64,000 nucleotides of DNA from Methanomassiliicoccales archaeon (lineage in GTDB: Archaea > Thermoplasmatota > Thermoplasmata > Methanomassiliicoccales > UBA472), in contig JAPKYK010000004.1 in NCBI GenBank assembly GCA_026394395.1, positions 44,542 through 108,541 on the forward strand, given 5' to 3'. Shown here piece by piece: positions 1-10,270 of this stretch (within the stretch, counting starts at the first letter, position 1; each line of letters opens with the position of its first letter). Position numbers and translations under genes: made by a program. The notes beneath the pieces are model-generated. The model was given only the letters and a program-made list of their open reading frames with translations, made no database searches and had not been told where the DNA came from.

Positions 1-168
1 CATCTGCCTGGCCTTCATGTCCAGGTCCATGGCCCCCAGGTAGAACTGGGACAGCATCTGCAGGCTGGCGGCCCGGGGGTCCAGCGGAGCCTCCTCCGAC
101 ATCTTCCTCGGTTCCTTCTTCACCGGGGCCTTGTTGGCCTCTCCCTTGGGCGTTATGACCTTGACCAT
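1..168 (-). CDS. partial hypothetical protein (5' end only, continues past window start)
   Basis: ATG at 166-168 on the minus strand, open to position 1 (MVKVITPKGEANKAPVKKEPRKMSEEAPLDPRAASLQ...). Alternative ATG at 100-102. No family recognised. Confidence 0.25.
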   Translation of the reverse strand, partial: MVKVITPKGEANKAPVKKEPRKMSEEAPLDPRAASLQMLSQFYLGAMDLDMKARQM

Positions 169-177
169 GTCGACCAC

Positions 178-2376
178 CTACCTGAATATGCCCAGGTCGT
201 CCATTCCCGCCCGGGCCTTGTGCAAGTTCTTGCTCATCGTGTCGTACTGCTTGACCGATTCCTTGTCCACCGAGGGCCTCACGGTCTTGAAGGCGGCCTC
301 GAAATGCTGCATCTCCACCACCTGGGCGTCCTTGTCCTGCCGCAGGGCTATCATGGCCGCCTCCCGACAGAGGTTCTCCAGGTCCGCGCCCACGTACCAT
401 TCGGTGCGGGACACCAGCTCGTCGATACTGACGTCCTTCAGGGGCATGTTCTTGGTGTGCACGGACAGTATGGCCTTCCTCGCGGCGGCGTCCGGCACCG
501 GCACCAGCACCATCCGGTCGAAACGACCGGGGCGCAGCAGGGCGCTGTCCACGATGTCCGGGCGGTTCGTCGCCGCGATCACCGTCACCCCCTCCCTGGA
601 GGTCAGCCCGTCCATGGAAGTGAGCAGCTGGTTGACCACGCTCTCCGTGGCCCTAGAGCCCTCGCTCCAGCCGCGCTTGGGGGCGATGGAGTCGATCTCG
701 TCCAGGAACACGATGGATGGGGCCACCTGCCGCGCTTTCTTGAACACCTCGCGGAGGGCGCGCTCGCTCTCCCCGAACCATTTGCTCATTATCTCCGGGC
801 CCTTGATGCTTATGAAATTGGCCTTGGACTCGTTGGCGATGGCTTTCGCCAGCATAGTCTTTCCCGTCCCCGGCGGACCGTAGAGCAGTATGCCCTGCGC
901 CGGACGGATGCCCATGCGTTTGAACGCCTCAGGGTTCTCGATGGGCATCTCCACCATCTCCCGCAGCTGCTGCTTGACATCCTCCAGTCCGCCCACGTCG
1001 GACCATTTGACCGTGGGTATCTCCACCAGCACCTCGCGCAAGGCCGACGGCTCGATCTCCTTCAGGGCGTTGTCGAAGTCGGTTCCGGTGACCTTCATCT
1101 GGGAGAGTATCTCCATAGGTATGGCCCGGTCCAGCTCCAGGTTCGGAACGAAGCGCGCCAGGCATTTCATGGCCGCCTCCCGGGCCAAGGCCGCCAGGTC
1201 GGCCCCGGCGAACCCATGGGTTATCTGGGCGTACTGGTCCAGGTTAACGTCCTCGCCCAGGGGCATGCCCCTGGTGTGTATCTGCAATATCTCCTTCCGA
1301 CCGAAATATGAGGGCACCCCGACCTCGATCTCGCGGTCGAAGCGTCCCGGGCGGCGCAGGGCCGGGTCCATGGCGTCCTGACGGTTCGTGGCGCCGATGA
1401 CGATGACCTGGCCCCTCTCGGCCATGCCGTCCATCAGCGTGAGCAGCTGGGCCACCACCCGCCGCTCCACCTCCCCGGACACGTTCTCGCGCTTGGGGGC
1501 GATGGAGTCGATCTCGTCGATGAAGATGATGGAGGGGGCGTTCTTCTGGGCCTCCTCGAACTTCTCCCGCAGCTTCTCCTCGCTCTGCCCATAGTACTTG
1601 GACATAATCTCCGGGCCCAGGATGGAATAGAACGAGGCCCCGGACTCGTTGGCCACGGCCTTGGCCAGCAACGTCTTTCCCGTTCCCGGCGGGCCGTAGA
1701 GCAGCACGCCCTTGGGGGCGTCGATGCCCAGGCGGTCGAACAGCTCGGGGTGCTTCAACGGGAGCTCGATCATCTCCCGGATGCGCTGCAGCACATTCTC
1801 CAATCCGCCTACGTCATCATAGGTTACCGAGGGAGAGTAGACGTCCTTAATCTCGGCGTTCTCCGACTTCACCACCATCTCCGTGTGTTCAGCCACCACC
1901 ACCACGCCCGAGGGCTGGGTGGAGAAGACCTTGAAAGGCGCCAGCGTTCCGGCCAAAGCGAAGTTTGGCACCAGGAACTCGTCCCCCTTGACCATGGGCC
2001 GGCCGATGAGGCTCTTGCGGAACAGCTCGTCTACGCCCGCCCCCATGGTGATGCGCTTGCTGTTGGGGATCTTGGGCACCAGAACGATCTTGGCCGCCGG
2101 CTGGGGGTCAGCCCTGGCCACGGTGACCCTCTCTCCGATGGACACCCCGGCGTTGGACCTTATCATGCCGTCGATGCGGACGATGTCCTTGCCCTCGTCC
2201 TCCTGCTGGGCCCGGAAGACCTTGGCCGCGGTGAGCTTCTTGCCAGTGATCTCCACCGCGTCCCCCACTTCCACTCCCAGCTCCTTCCTGGTCTTCATGT
2301 CCAGGCGGGCCCTTCCCAGGCCCACCTCGGTTTGCGTCTGGGCCTTCGCCACGCGGAGTAGAACGGATTCGGCCAT
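178..2376 (-). CDS. cdc48: CDC48/VCP-type AAA+ ATPase (two AAA domains)
   Basis: 732 aa. N-domain followed by two Walker A motifs GPPGTGKT(L/M)LAKA and two DEID Walker B motifs. TAG stop. Confidence 0.95.
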   Translation of the reverse strand: MAESVLLRVAKAQTQTEVGLGRARLDMKTRKELGVEVGDAVEITGKKLTAAKVFRAQQEDEGKDIVRIDGMIRSNAGVSIGERVTVARADPQPAAKIVLVPKIPNSKRITMGAGVDELFRKSLIGRPMVKGDEFLVPNFALAGTLAPFKVFSTQPSGVVVVAEHTEMVVKSENAEIKDVYSPSVTYDDVGGLENVLQRIREMIELPLKHPELFDRLGIDAPKGVLLYGPPGTGKTLLAKAVANESGASFYSILGPEIMSKYYGQSEEKLREKFEEAQKNAPSIIFIDEIDSIAPKRENVSGEVERRVVAQLLTLMDGMAERGQVIVIGATNRQDAMDPALRRPGRFDREIEVGVPSYFGRKEILQIHTRGMPLGEDVNLDQYAQITHGFAGADLAALAREAAMKCLARFVPNLELDRAIPMEILSQMKVTGTDFDNALKEIEPSALREVLVEIPTVKWSDVGGLEDVKQQLREMVEMPIENPEAFKRMGIRPAQGILLYGPPGTGKTMLAKAIANESKANFISIKGPEIMSKWFGESERALREVFKKARQVAPSIVFLDEIDSIAPKRGWSEGSRATESVVNQLLTSMDGLTSREGVTVIAATNRPDIVDSALLRPGRFDRMVLVPVPDAAARKAILSVHTKNMPLKDVSIDELVSRTEWYVGADLENLCREAAMIALRQDKDAQVVEMQHFEAAFKTVRPSVDKESVKQYDTMSKNLHKARAGMDDLGIFR

Positions 2377-2465
2377 AATGTATCGGACTCCAAATCTGTT
2401 CTCTGGATATTAACTTTGCATCGGCGAACGAAAGGAATAATAGCGCCCGCCCCTGTTCCCCGCCC

Positions 2466-3329
2466 ATGGAGTTCTCCGCCGAATGCGCCCCCTGCCTGCT
2501 GCGCCGGATCCTGTTCCAGACCAGGCTGGTCGACCCATCCAAGGAGACGGAGGTCATGTCGGCCTGCGTCCAGCTCATGGCCGAGGAATGGTCGCCGGGC
2601 ATAAGGTCGGCCGCCCTGGCCACCAAGGTGCACCGGCTGAACTACGACCTCCTCGGCGTCGAGGATCCCTACGCCAAGCTCAAGGAGGAGGCCAATCAGG
2701 TGGCCTTCACCCTGCTGCCCCGGGGGCAGGAGCTGGTCGACGCTTCCGAGGACCGCTTGACCGCCGCGTGCCTGGTGGCCATCGCCGGCAACGTCATGGA
2801 CTTCGGCATCGGCGGGTTCGAGAGCCCCAAGGAGCTCCGCTCCACCTTCGATTCGCTGTTGGCCGAGGCGCCCGAGCCGAACGACGTCCCTCGCATGCGC
2901 GAGGTGCTGTCAGGGGCGAAGGAGGTGGTGTACCTCTTCGACAACTGCGGCGAGATTGTGCTGGACATCCCGTTGCTGAAAGAGATTAAAGAGATGGGGT
3001 TGAAGGTGACCGGGGTGGTCAAGGGCGAACCGATCATCTCGGACGCCACCTGGGCGGACCTGGAGGTTTCCGGAGTCGACCGGCTGCTGGACGAGCGGAT
3101 GACCACCGGAGCCTTCGCCATCGGCATCGACCTGGACCTGGCTCCGCAGGAGCTATTGGAGGCCTTGCGCCGCGCCGACCTGGTCATCGCCAAGGGCATG
3201 GCCAACTTCGAGGCGCTTTCCGGCACCTGGGTGCGGCCGATCGTTCATCTTCTGCGCAGCAAGTGTCTGCCAGTTTCCCAGGCCATCGGGGCCAGGAAGG
3301 ACCGCAACGTGATCAGGCTGTTCGAATGA
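2466..3329 (+). CDS. DUF89 (ARMT1-like damage-control phosphatase) family protein
   Basis: N-terminal CxxC (ECAPCLLRR), DPY..K..EAN, GNVMDFG, DNCGEIVLD and KGMANFEAL motifs typical of DUF89. Confidence 0.8.
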   Translation: MEFSAECAPCLLRRILFQTRLVDPSKETEVMSACVQLMAEEWSPGIRSAALATKVHRLNYDLLGVEDPYAKLKEEANQVAFTLLPRGQELVDASEDRLTAACLVAIAGNVMDFGIGGFESPKELRSTFDSLLAEAPEPNDVPRMREVLSGAKEVVYLFDNCGEIVLDIPLLKEIKEMGLKVTGVVKGEPIISDATWADLEVSGVDRLLDERMTTGAFAIGIDLDLAPQELLEALRRADLVIAKGMANFEALSGTWVRPIVHLLRSKCLPVSQAIGARKDRNVIRLFE

Positions 3330-3338
3330 GGTGAGGGA

Positions 3339-4406
3339 ATGAGAGGAAATGTAAGGCAGGCGGTGATTTTGGCCGGAGGGGAGGGCACCAGACTGCGGCC
3401 TCTGACGAACACTCGGCCGAAACCGTTGCTGCCTGTTCTCGGCGTTCCCTGCGTCGAATACGTCATCTCCTCCCTGGCCAACGCCGGCGTGGAGCAGATC
3501 TTCATCGCCTGCGGCTACCGCTCCGAGGACATCCTGCTGGTGCTGGGGCGGGGAGAACGTTTGGGCGTGGACATCGAGCTCGCCTACGAGAAAGAGCCGA
3601 TGGGCACCGCCGGGGCGGTCAAGCTGCTCGAGGACCGCCTGGAAGGGACGTTCGTGGTCGGCAGCGGCGACACCCTGACGGACGCGGACCTGGGGGCGCT
3701 CATCGACTTCCACGTGGGGCACGGGGCGGAGGCCACCATGGGCCTGACCGAGGTGGAGCGCCCGGAGCAGTTCGGCATCGTGGGCGTGGGAGCGGACGGG
3801 CGCATCGAGCGCTTCAAGGAGAAGCCCCGCCGCGAGGAGGTCTTCTCCCGGGTGATCAACGCTGGCACCTATGTGCTGGAAAGGGAGGTGCTGGACCTCA
3901 TCCCCGCCGGGCGGAAGTACGATTTCTCCCGAGACCTCTACATGGACATGCTGCAGAGGGGCCGCGGGCTCTTCGCCTCTCCTCTCATCGGCTACTGGAA
4001 GGACATCGGGAGGCCCTCGGACCTCTTCCTGGCCAACATGGACATGGCCTCCCGCAGGGGCAACCCTTCTGCGCACGGTCCCGTGGCTGGAAAAGCACCA
4101 TCGGAAGCGGCCGTGGTCGGTCCGGCCTTCTTCGGAAAAGGGGTGAGGGCCCAGGGCAGCCAGGTCAAGCGCAGTGCCGTGGGCTCAGGCTGTTCCTTAG
4201 GCCGGGGGGCGGTCCTGGAGGACTGCCTGCTACTAGACCGGGTCGCCATCGGCCAGGGAACGACCCTGCGCGGGTGCATTCTCGGTGAAGGATGCCAGGT
4301 AGGTGCCGGAACCATGCTCACAGACTGCATTTTAGGAGACAGGGCGCAGGTCGGACCGGGGTCCAGGGCCGAAGGCCGCAGCTTCGAACCGGGGTCCTCC
4401 ATCTGA
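3339..4406 (+). CDS. sugar-1-phosphate nucleotidyltransferase with C-terminal left-handed beta-helix
   Basis: AVILAGGEGTRLRPLT..PKPLLPV signature. C-terminal hexapeptide-like repeats. Confidence 0.85.
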   Translation: MRGNVRQAVILAGGEGTRLRPLTNTRPKPLLPVLGVPCVEYVISSLANAGVEQIFIACGYRSEDILLVLGRGERLGVDIELAYEKEPMGTAGAVKLLEDRLEGTFVVGSGDTLTDADLGALIDFHVGHGAEATMGLTEVERPEQFGIVGVGADGRIERFKEKPRREEVFSRVINAGTYVLEREVLDLIPAGRKYDFSRDLYMDMLQRGRGLFASPLIGYWKDIGRPSDLFLANMDMASRRGNPSAHGPVAGKAPSEAAVVGPAFFGKGVRAQGSQVKRSAVGSGCSLGRGAVLEDCLLLDRVAIGQGTTLRGCILGEGCQVGAGTMLTDCILGDRAQVGPGSRAEGRSFEPGSSI

Positions 4407-4436
4407 GATAAATATTCGGACACGTTTCCGCTGGAC

Positions 4437-5336
4437 ATGGCCGAGACGCCCCGACGCACTTACGCCCTGCTGTTGACAGCGGGCATGATCTGGGGCACCT
4501 CGTTCGTGGCCGGAAAGCTGGGAGTGGAGGACACCGACCCCTACCTGTTCACGGCCATGCGCGCGACCTTCTCCGCGCTTTCCATCATACCGATACTGCT
4601 GGCCTTCAAGCTCGACCTCTCCCTTCTAAAGGACAAGTGGTTGTGGCTGATAGGCTTACTGAACGCCATGGGCATGTTCTTGCAGAACGTCGGGCTGACC
4701 TATACCACGGCCAGCAAGACCGTGCTGCTGGTGGACATAAACGTGGTCATCGTGGCCGTGCTGGCCGTTCTGTTCCTGAAGGAGGAACTGAACCGGCGCA
4801 TCGTGGCCGGGCTGGTGCTCGGAATGGCCGGTGTCGGTCTCATCGCCACTGGCGGGGACCTCTCCAACCTAGGAGGTGGCTCCTTCATCGGAGACCTGCT
4901 GGTGTTCCTGGCCGGCGTGGCCTGGGCCTTCTACATCGTCCTGTCGACCAAGGTGCTGAAGAAGGGCTACGGGCTAGTGCACATGACCTGCACCATGATC
5001 CTCATCACCTGGATATTCGCCATGCCCTTCGGGCTGGCCATGACCTCCGACTTCACCATCGGGGCATCCAGTGTTGTGCTCGCACTGTACACTGGAGTGT
5101 TCTGCACCACCGTGGCCTTCCTGCTCTACAACGTCGGGCTGAAGTCCCTCGGTGCGACCACCACCTCCATAATACTGCTGGTGGAGATGGTCTTCGGCCT
5201 GCTCTTCTCCTTCCTACTGCTCGGGGAGAGGCCGGACACCATGACCGTGGTGGGCGGCTCGCTCGTTCTGGCGGCGATAATGGTGATATCCGTCAAAGGC
5301 CTGGAGAGGGCCAGGAGAAGGCGGTCCGGCGCCTAG
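4437..5336 (+). CDS. EamA/DMT superfamily transporter
   Basis: About 10 predicted TM helices arranged as two EamA-like halves. Confidence 0.8.
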   Translation: MAETPRRTYALLLTAGMIWGTSFVAGKLGVEDTDPYLFTAMRATFSALSIIPILLAFKLDLSLLKDKWLWLIGLLNAMGMFLQNVGLTYTTASKTVLLVDINVVIVAVLAVLFLKEELNRRIVAGLVLGMAGVGLIATGGDLSNLGGGSFIGDLLVFLAGVAWAFYIVLSTKVLKKGYGLVHMTCTMILITWIFAMPFGLAMTSDFTIGASSVVLALYTGVFCTTVAFLLYNVGLKSLGATTTSIILLVEMVFGLLFSFLLLGERPDTMTVVGGSLVLAAIMVISVKGLERARRRRSGA

Positions 5337-5722
5337 GAGAAGTCCAACAGCTTCTTGGCCTCGACCACGCGATCGACGGTCATGGCTATCTCCACCATAT
5401 TCGTCCGGCCGCCCAGCATGAACAGGGAATTGATGTTCACGCCTCCTCGGGCCAGCTTCTTGGTGAGCTTGGACAGCTCGCCCGGCTGGTCGGCCATGGA
5501 GACAACCACGACCTCCTGCTCCTTGAAATCCAGCTGCGCCGCCTTCAAGGAATTGCGGGCGGTGACGTCGTCGTCGGTGATTATGTGCACCCCGGTCCTT
5601 CCGCCACTAGCATCCGTGGCCATGCCCCGGATGTTGACGGCGTTGCGGGCCAAGGCCTCCGCGACCCGGGAGATCTCCCCCGGGCGGTCCTGTATGTACA
5701 CATCGAACTGTTTGTAGGACAT
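5333..5722 (-). CDS. ACT-domain protein (tandem ACT)
   Basis: Two repeats of the DRPGE.S../DQPGELS ACT-type ligand-binding motif. Its stop overlaps the convergent neighbour's stop in CTAG. Confidence 0.6.
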   Translation of the reverse strand: MSYKQFDVYIQDRPGEISRVAEALARNAVNIRGMATDASGGRTGVHIITDDDVTARNSLKAAQLDFKEQEVVVVSMADQPGELSKLTKKLARGGVNINSLFMLGGRTNMVEIAMTVDRVVEAKKLLDFS

Positions 5723-5810
5723 CCCTTTCTCATTGAAGGTGCATGAAGTTAAATCTTTGTAGGAATGCTACTGAGAATTAGATTTATAGCGTAAGGCCAT
5801 ATCGAGGGAC

Positions 5811-6722
5811 ATGGCCACCGGCGCCAAGCCCTATGCGATAACGGTGAACTGGAATCGGGCGGAGGACACCGTCCAATGCGTCAGCTCACTTTACGAAGGG
5901 AACCCCGAGCTGCAGGTGCTGGTGGTCGACAACGGGTCCCAGGACGGCTCGGTGGAAAAGCTTCGCAACAAGTTCCCCGGGCTGATCATCCTGGAGAACC
6001 AGGATAACCTGGGCTACGTCAAAGGGGCGAACCAAGGCATCCGGCGGGCGCTAGCCGACGGAGCTACGCACGTTCTCATGATAAACAACGACGCCGTCTC
6101 CCGCCCGGGCATGGTGGCCGAGCTGGTGGACGTGCTGGACAGGTATCCCGACGCCGGGATCGCCGGTCCCAAGATCTTCTATTACAGCACGGACGTGATC
6201 TGGTTCAACGGAGGGCACTTCAATCACTGGATGGGTTTCTCCACCCATCAGTTCATGGACCGCCGGGACGACGGTCGCAACCGTGAGAGGAAGGTCGATT
6301 TCATCACTGGCTGCACCTTGATGGTCAAGGCCAGCGTGCTCTCCGAGATCGGTCTTTTCGATGAGGACTTCGTCATCTACGCCGAGGACCTGGATCTCTG
6401 CCTGAGGGCCAAGGAGAGGAAGTACGAGTCCTGGTTGGTGCCCGCCGCCATGGCCGAGCACAAGGTATCGCTTTCGACCGGGATCGCCGGCTCCAATCTG
6501 ATGACCCCGTTCCGGGCCTACTACTACGGCCGCAACATGCTCATGATGATCCGCAAGAGAAAGAAGGGCCTGCAGTTCATCACCTGCTACCTGGGGCAGA
6601 CCCTGGTCATGCTTCCTTACTACTTTTTGCTGATGGGTTTGCAGAAGACCAGGGGCTCTTTCCGCCATTACCTGAAGGGATATATGGACGCCCTGCGGTG
6701 GATGGTCAACGGAAACGCCTAG
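5811..6722 (+). CDS. family 2 glycosyltransferase
   Basis: GT-A N-terminus (VVDNGSQDGS, DxD-like EDLD) with a C-terminal TM segment. Confidence 0.8.
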   Translation: MATGAKPYAITVNWNRAEDTVQCVSSLYEGNPELQVLVVDNGSQDGSVEKLRNKFPGLIILENQDNLGYVKGANQGIRRALADGATHVLMINNDAVSRPGMVAELVDVLDRYPDAGIAGPKIFYYSTDVIWFNGGHFNHWMGFSTHQFMDRRDDGRNRERKVDFITGCTLMVKASVLSEIGLFDEDFVIYAEDLDLCLRAKERKYESWLVPAAMAEHKVSLSTGIAGSNLMTPFRAYYYGRNMLMMIRKRKKGLQFITCYLGQTLVMLPYYFLLMGLQKTRGSFRHYLKGYMDALRWMVNGNA

Positions 6723-6729
6723 CTGAAGC

Positions 6730-7848
6730 TCAGTTCTCCATTAGGGTGCTGCTGGCCGTGTTCCACAGATAGGCTATACCGAAGCCCAGGAACAGGGGCA
6801 GCGTCTCCACGTCGATGGGGCCGGAGAAGGCCGCGAAGGCCATGTAGAAGACGTACAGCGCCACCAGGTATCCGGAGAAGGCCGTGAAGACCATCTTGAC
6901 CCCCCTTATCAGCACGTCCCGCCGCCCGTGGGTCAGCAGGTACTTGTTGGCGATGACCAGGTAGGACATGGCCAGGATGAAGGCCAGTACCGTGGAGGTG
7001 ACCATGTGGTCGTCGTACGCCACCTCCAGTCCCTCCATCATCCAGAAGGTGAAGACCAGCCCCAGCAGCAGAGCCGACAGATAACGTCCGATGACGTTTA
7101 TGAACAGGAAATTGACCGCCATGGCGGCGGTCTTGCCCATCATCCCACACTGCCTCAATATGGAAAGGATGACCCGGGAGGAGAGCTTGGAAGTGCCGCT
7201 GCGGCGCGAGCTGAAGGTGAAGCTCACTTCCTCCACCTTGGTATTGCGGGGCAGGAACTTCAGCAGGTCGAAGAGCACCTTGAAACCCGCCCGCTCGAAC
7301 CTGCCGCTGTACTTGGAAATGGTCTCCTGGCACAGGTCGGTCCGCCCGCCGAAGAAGCCGCTCATGGTGTCCGCGGAGATGGGCCGCCTCATGGCCGTCA
7401 GGTAGATCATGGCCAGGGTATGCGCCCCCCAGGAGGCCAGATGCCGGCTGAAGCTCAGTTTATGTTTGTCCTCACGGACACCGACGGCCATGTCCGAACC
7501 GCCGGCCAGGCGGGCGTGCAGCTCCCCCACGGATTCTGGCGGGTGCTGGAAGTCGGCGTCCATGACCACGAAGAATCTGGTCCTAGTGCTGGAGATGCTG
7601 TCCATGATGCTGGCGGTGAGCCCGCGGTCGGCCAGGTCGCGACCGAGGAGCGCTATCCGGGGATGCTTGGAGGCGAACTCCAGCACCCTCTCCCTCGTCC
7701 CGTCCGTGGAATTGTCGTCGGCCACGATGACGGAGACGCCGGGATAGAGAGAATCCAGGCTCTCTAGCATAGGCTGGATGTTCCCTCCTTCGTTGTAGGT
7801 GGGGAGAATAACCGTCAGGTCATCGAACTCGGACAATAAGCATCCCAA
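6730..7848 (-). CDS. family 2 glycosyltransferase (dolichyl-phosphate hexose synthase-like) with C-terminal GtrA-like membrane domain
   Basis: ILPTYNEGGNI and ADDNSTDGT motifs, MDADFQHPP, then about 4 TM helices. Confidence 0.8.
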   Translation of the reverse strand: MGCLLSEFDDLTVILPTYNEGGNIQPMLESLDSLYPGVSVIVADDNSTDGTRERVLEFASKHPRIALLGRDLADRGLTASIMDSISSTRTRFFVVMDADFQHPPESVGELHARLAGGSDMAVGVREDKHKLSFSRHLASWGAHTLAMIYLTAMRRPISADTMSGFFGGRTDLCQETISKYSGRFERAGFKVLFDLLKFLPRNTKVEEVSFTFSSRRSGTSKLSSRVILSILRQCGMMGKTAAMAVNFLFINVIGRYLSALLLGLVFTFWMMEGLEVAYDDHMVTSTVLAFILAMSYLVIANKYLLTHGRRDVLIRGVKMVFTAFSGYLVALYVFYMAFAAFSGPIDVETLPLFLGFGIAYLWNTASSTLMEN

Positions 7849-7966
7849 CTTTTATAGTCAAAAAATCTCCAACGTATTTATATATTTTCGAACAGGAAGC
7901 TTTCTCCAACAATAGCGGGGCCCGGCTCTGAAGTTATATAATCGGAAAGGCCTCCATTCACCTCAG

Positions 7967-8860
7967 ATGCTGACCATATCCGCTGGGGTCTGCGCCTACA
8001 ACGAGGAGAAGAACATACTACAGTGCCTGCGATCCCTGACCTCCCAGACCTTCCACGGCAAGGAGCTGGTCGAGATGCTGGTCATTTCCAGTGGCAGCAC
8101 CGACCGCACGGACGAGCTGGTGCAGGACTACGCCCGCAACGTCGACGGCCGCGTCCGTCTCATCAGACAGGAGAAGCGGGAGGGCAAGAACTCGGCGGTC
8201 AACGCCTTCATGGTCGAGGCCAAGGGCGACGTGCTATTCCTGGCCAACGCGGACAATGTCATGCGGGAGGATACCTTCGACCGCATGGCCGAGCACTTCA
8301 ACGACCCATCCATAGGCATGGTCGGTGGCCATCCCGTCCCGGTGAACGACCAGGAGACGTTCATGGGGTTCGCGGTGCACATGCTCTGGGACATGCACCA
8401 TCGGCTGTCGCTCATCCATCCCAAGGTGGGGGAGATAGTGGCCTTCCGGAACCTGGGGTTCAGGATACCGACGGGGATGGGCAGCGATGAGGACCTCATA
8501 AGGCGGGAACACGAAGGACGCGGGTTGAAGATCGCCTACGAATCGGAGGCGCTCATCTTCAACCGCGGTCCCACCACGGTGCGCGATTTTTTCATCCAGA
8601 GGACCAGGGTGAACATAGGCGAGCGCTACATGAAGCGCTGGTTCGATTACGACATACCCACCTGGGACAAGCGCTTCCTTATCAACGCCTGGCTCAGCTT
8701 CGTGAAGGACAACGCTAGCCACCCCATAAAAATGGCCGTGGCCATGTCCATGGAGGCCTTCGCCCGCGTTTACGCCGCCCTGCACGTCCAACTGGACAAA
8801 GGGGACAGGGCGGTGTGGCAGGTGGTCGAGAGCACCAAAGAGGTCGACAGCAAACCTTAA
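7967..8860 (+). CDS. family 2 glycosyltransferase
   Basis: SAGVCAYNEEKNI, SSGSTDRT and NADN motifs (GT-A fold). Confidence 0.75.
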   Translation: MLTISAGVCAYNEEKNILQCLRSLTSQTFHGKELVEMLVISSGSTDRTDELVQDYARNVDGRVRLIRQEKREGKNSAVNAFMVEAKGDVLFLANADNVMREDTFDRMAEHFNDPSIGMVGGHPVPVNDQETFMGFAVHMLWDMHHRLSLIHPKVGEIVAFRNLGFRIPTGMGSDEDLIRREHEGRGLKIAYESEALIFNRGPTTVRDFFIQRTRVNIGERYMKRWFDYDIPTWDKRFLINAWLSFVKDNASHPIKMAVAMSMEAFARVYAALHVQLDKGDRAVWQVVESTKEVDSKP

Positions 8861-8878
8861 CTTTTTTTATAAAAAAAG
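8861..8878. terminator. palindromic oligo-T/oligo-A tract between convergent genes (candidate bidirectional terminator)
   Basis: CTTTTTTTATAAAAAAAG lies immediately after the stop at 8860 and before the convergent gene end at 8906. Confidence 0.4.
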
Positions 8879-8905
8879 AGGGAAGAGGTTTAGGGGAGAG
8901 ATATT

Positions 8906-10111
8906 TCAGCGTTTCTTGAAGGCCACCAGGCCGACGGCGCCTATCACCATGACCAGGCCGATGGGGGAGAGCAGGGCGGAGAGGGCATCCGTGCCCTCGA
9001 CGGTCACTGTGCCGAGAGATTCGGCTGGCAGATAGACCAGTAGCTGCTGCACCTCGCCGTTATCGACGACCGCGTAGCAGGCCTGGTCCGGCTGGCCGTA
9101 GATCAGCTCAAGGGGATCGTCCACCTGCTGCATATCCGTACCGTTCAGGCGCACGTGCAGGTGGTCCTGCGACATGTCCATGGTGCCGGTCTCGGTGTTT
9201 ATCAGCAACAAAGCTCCCTGGCCGTTCTGGCCCTGGGCCGACAGCTGGAACTTGTTCTTGACCACCGACTGCACCTGCACCTGCAGCTCGTTGCGGTAGG
9301 ACACGGTGTCGTAGATCCCGCTCTCGTCGTCAGCCACGATTGTGATCTCGGCGGCCACCTGACCGTTCTGTACGGCCTGCATCAGGACCATCTCCATCCA
9401 CTGGTGGCGATGGGCAACCTGGGGTAGGAAGCGGATCATCAGGTGCTCGGTGACGTTGCAGCTCACGACCGTGCCGTTCTCTGTGACCTCGAAGGGATCA
9501 TCAGAGGCGATGACCCCGGTAGAGTTGCCGTCGGAGATCACCAGCTGATAGGTCATGTTGCAGGGCTCGTTCATCACCTTGTTCTCGATGACCGTCATGT
9601 CCCCGCTGAGGACGATGGTCATGTTGGCGCTCTCGTTCACGAACAGATGGTACATCCCGGTGGGGTTGTCATGCACCACGGCGACGGTCTCGCCATCGAT
9701 CAGCTTGGCGATGGAGCCGTGCACATCGATGTCCTCGGGCACGAAGCCCTCCACGCTTATGCTGGTGAGCAGGACCTTCTCGCCCTCGGAGGTTATCAGG
9801 CCGTAATCAGTGATGACCCCAGTTGTCTCGTTGATTTCGTAGAACACGAATCCGCCCTGGCCCTGGCCGTGGCTGTACTGCATCTTGCCCATCAGGGACC
9901 TGTCTGCGCCCTTCTGGTACATTTTATTGTTATCATTATTTCCGTTATTAGCAGGTGTTTCCCCGCCGCCCTCGGACCAGGGACCGTTCCCGTTACCATT
10001 GCCGTTGCCTGAACCGTTGCCGTCGGCCATGGCCGGCGCGGCGAACAGGGCAAGGACCGAGATCAGGAACATTCCCACTAACACAAGGCTCAAGACCTTT
10101 AGCGTCCGCAT
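8906..10111 (-). CDS. secreted, C-terminally membrane-anchored surface (glyco)protein
   Basis: N-terminal signal-like TM, GNGSGNGNGNGNG low-complexity linker, many N-x-S/T sequons, C-terminal TM followed by KKR. Confidence 0.6.
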   Translation of the reverse strand: MRTLKVLSLVLVGMFLISVLALFAAPAMADGNGSGNGNGNGNGPWSEGGGETPANNGNNDNNKMYQKGADRSLMGKMQYSHGQGQGGFVFYEINETTGVITDYGLITSEGEKVLLTSISVEGFVPEDIDVHGSIAKLIDGETVAVVHDNPTGMYHLFVNESANMTIVLSGDMTVIENKVMNEPCNMTYQLVISDGNSTGVIASDDPFEVTENGTVVSCNVTEHLMIRFLPQVAHRHQWMEMVLMQAVQNGQVAAEITIVADDESGIYDTVSYRNELQVQVQSVVKNKFQLSAQGQNGQGALLLINTETGTMDMSQDHLHVRLNGTDMQQVDDPLELIYGQPDQACYAVVDNGEVQQLLVYLPAESLGTVTVEGTDALSALLSPIGLVMVIGAVGLVAFKKR

Positions 10112-10155
10112 TTTTTCACCTAAATGTCAATCCTTGCCGAGGGGTCATTAACGTT

Positions 10156-10194
10156 TTGGTACGGGCCTCGAACTGGTTGGTACGAGCTTCGAAC
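10156..10194. repeat. two 18-nt direct repeats at 21-bp spacing
   Basis: TTGGTACGGGCCTCGAAC (10156-10173) and TTGGTACGAGCTTCGAAC (10177-10194) match at 16/18. A weaker third copy lies at 10216-10233. Confidence 0.6.
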
Positions 10195-10270
10195 AGCGGA
10201 AAACGCCCCCTTCGTCTTGTTCGAACTTTGAACCATAACGATTTACATTCCGCAAAGGGATTGAGCTGCC

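Noticed and set aside
1-180. The cdc48 TAG stop is followed by 59 in-frame sense codons to the window edge, raising the possibility of amber read-through or pyrrolysine.
   Set aside because: The CDC48 homology is complete before the TAG. The downstream frame has its own ATG codons (166-168 and 100-102). TAG is used as an ordinary stop by several other genes here (for example at 5334-5336 and 6720-6722). Same-frame adjacency has a one-in-three chance.
131-2633. Long ORFs overlapping cdc48 on either strand or in other frames (131-883, 220-1311, 890-1381, 1750-2361, 1883-2413, 2108-2626 and others).
   Set aside because: They overlap a gene with unmistakable AAA+ motifs. Their translations are R/G/P/H/A-rich with no recognisable motifs. 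Long stop-free alternative frames are expected in GC-rich coding DNA. The same reasoning applies throughout 0-49 kb, for example 3153-4076, 6051-6668, 15838-16986, 21035-21847, 25823-27328, 28118-29211, 32135-33148, 38643-39557, 41082-41921 and 43470-44828.
9980-10024. GGC/AAC-type microsatellite (coding GNGSGNGNGNGNG).
   Set aside because: It lies inside the surface-protein CDS as a low-complexity linker and is not an independent non-coding repeat. It could still vary in length, but nothing in the sequence shows that.
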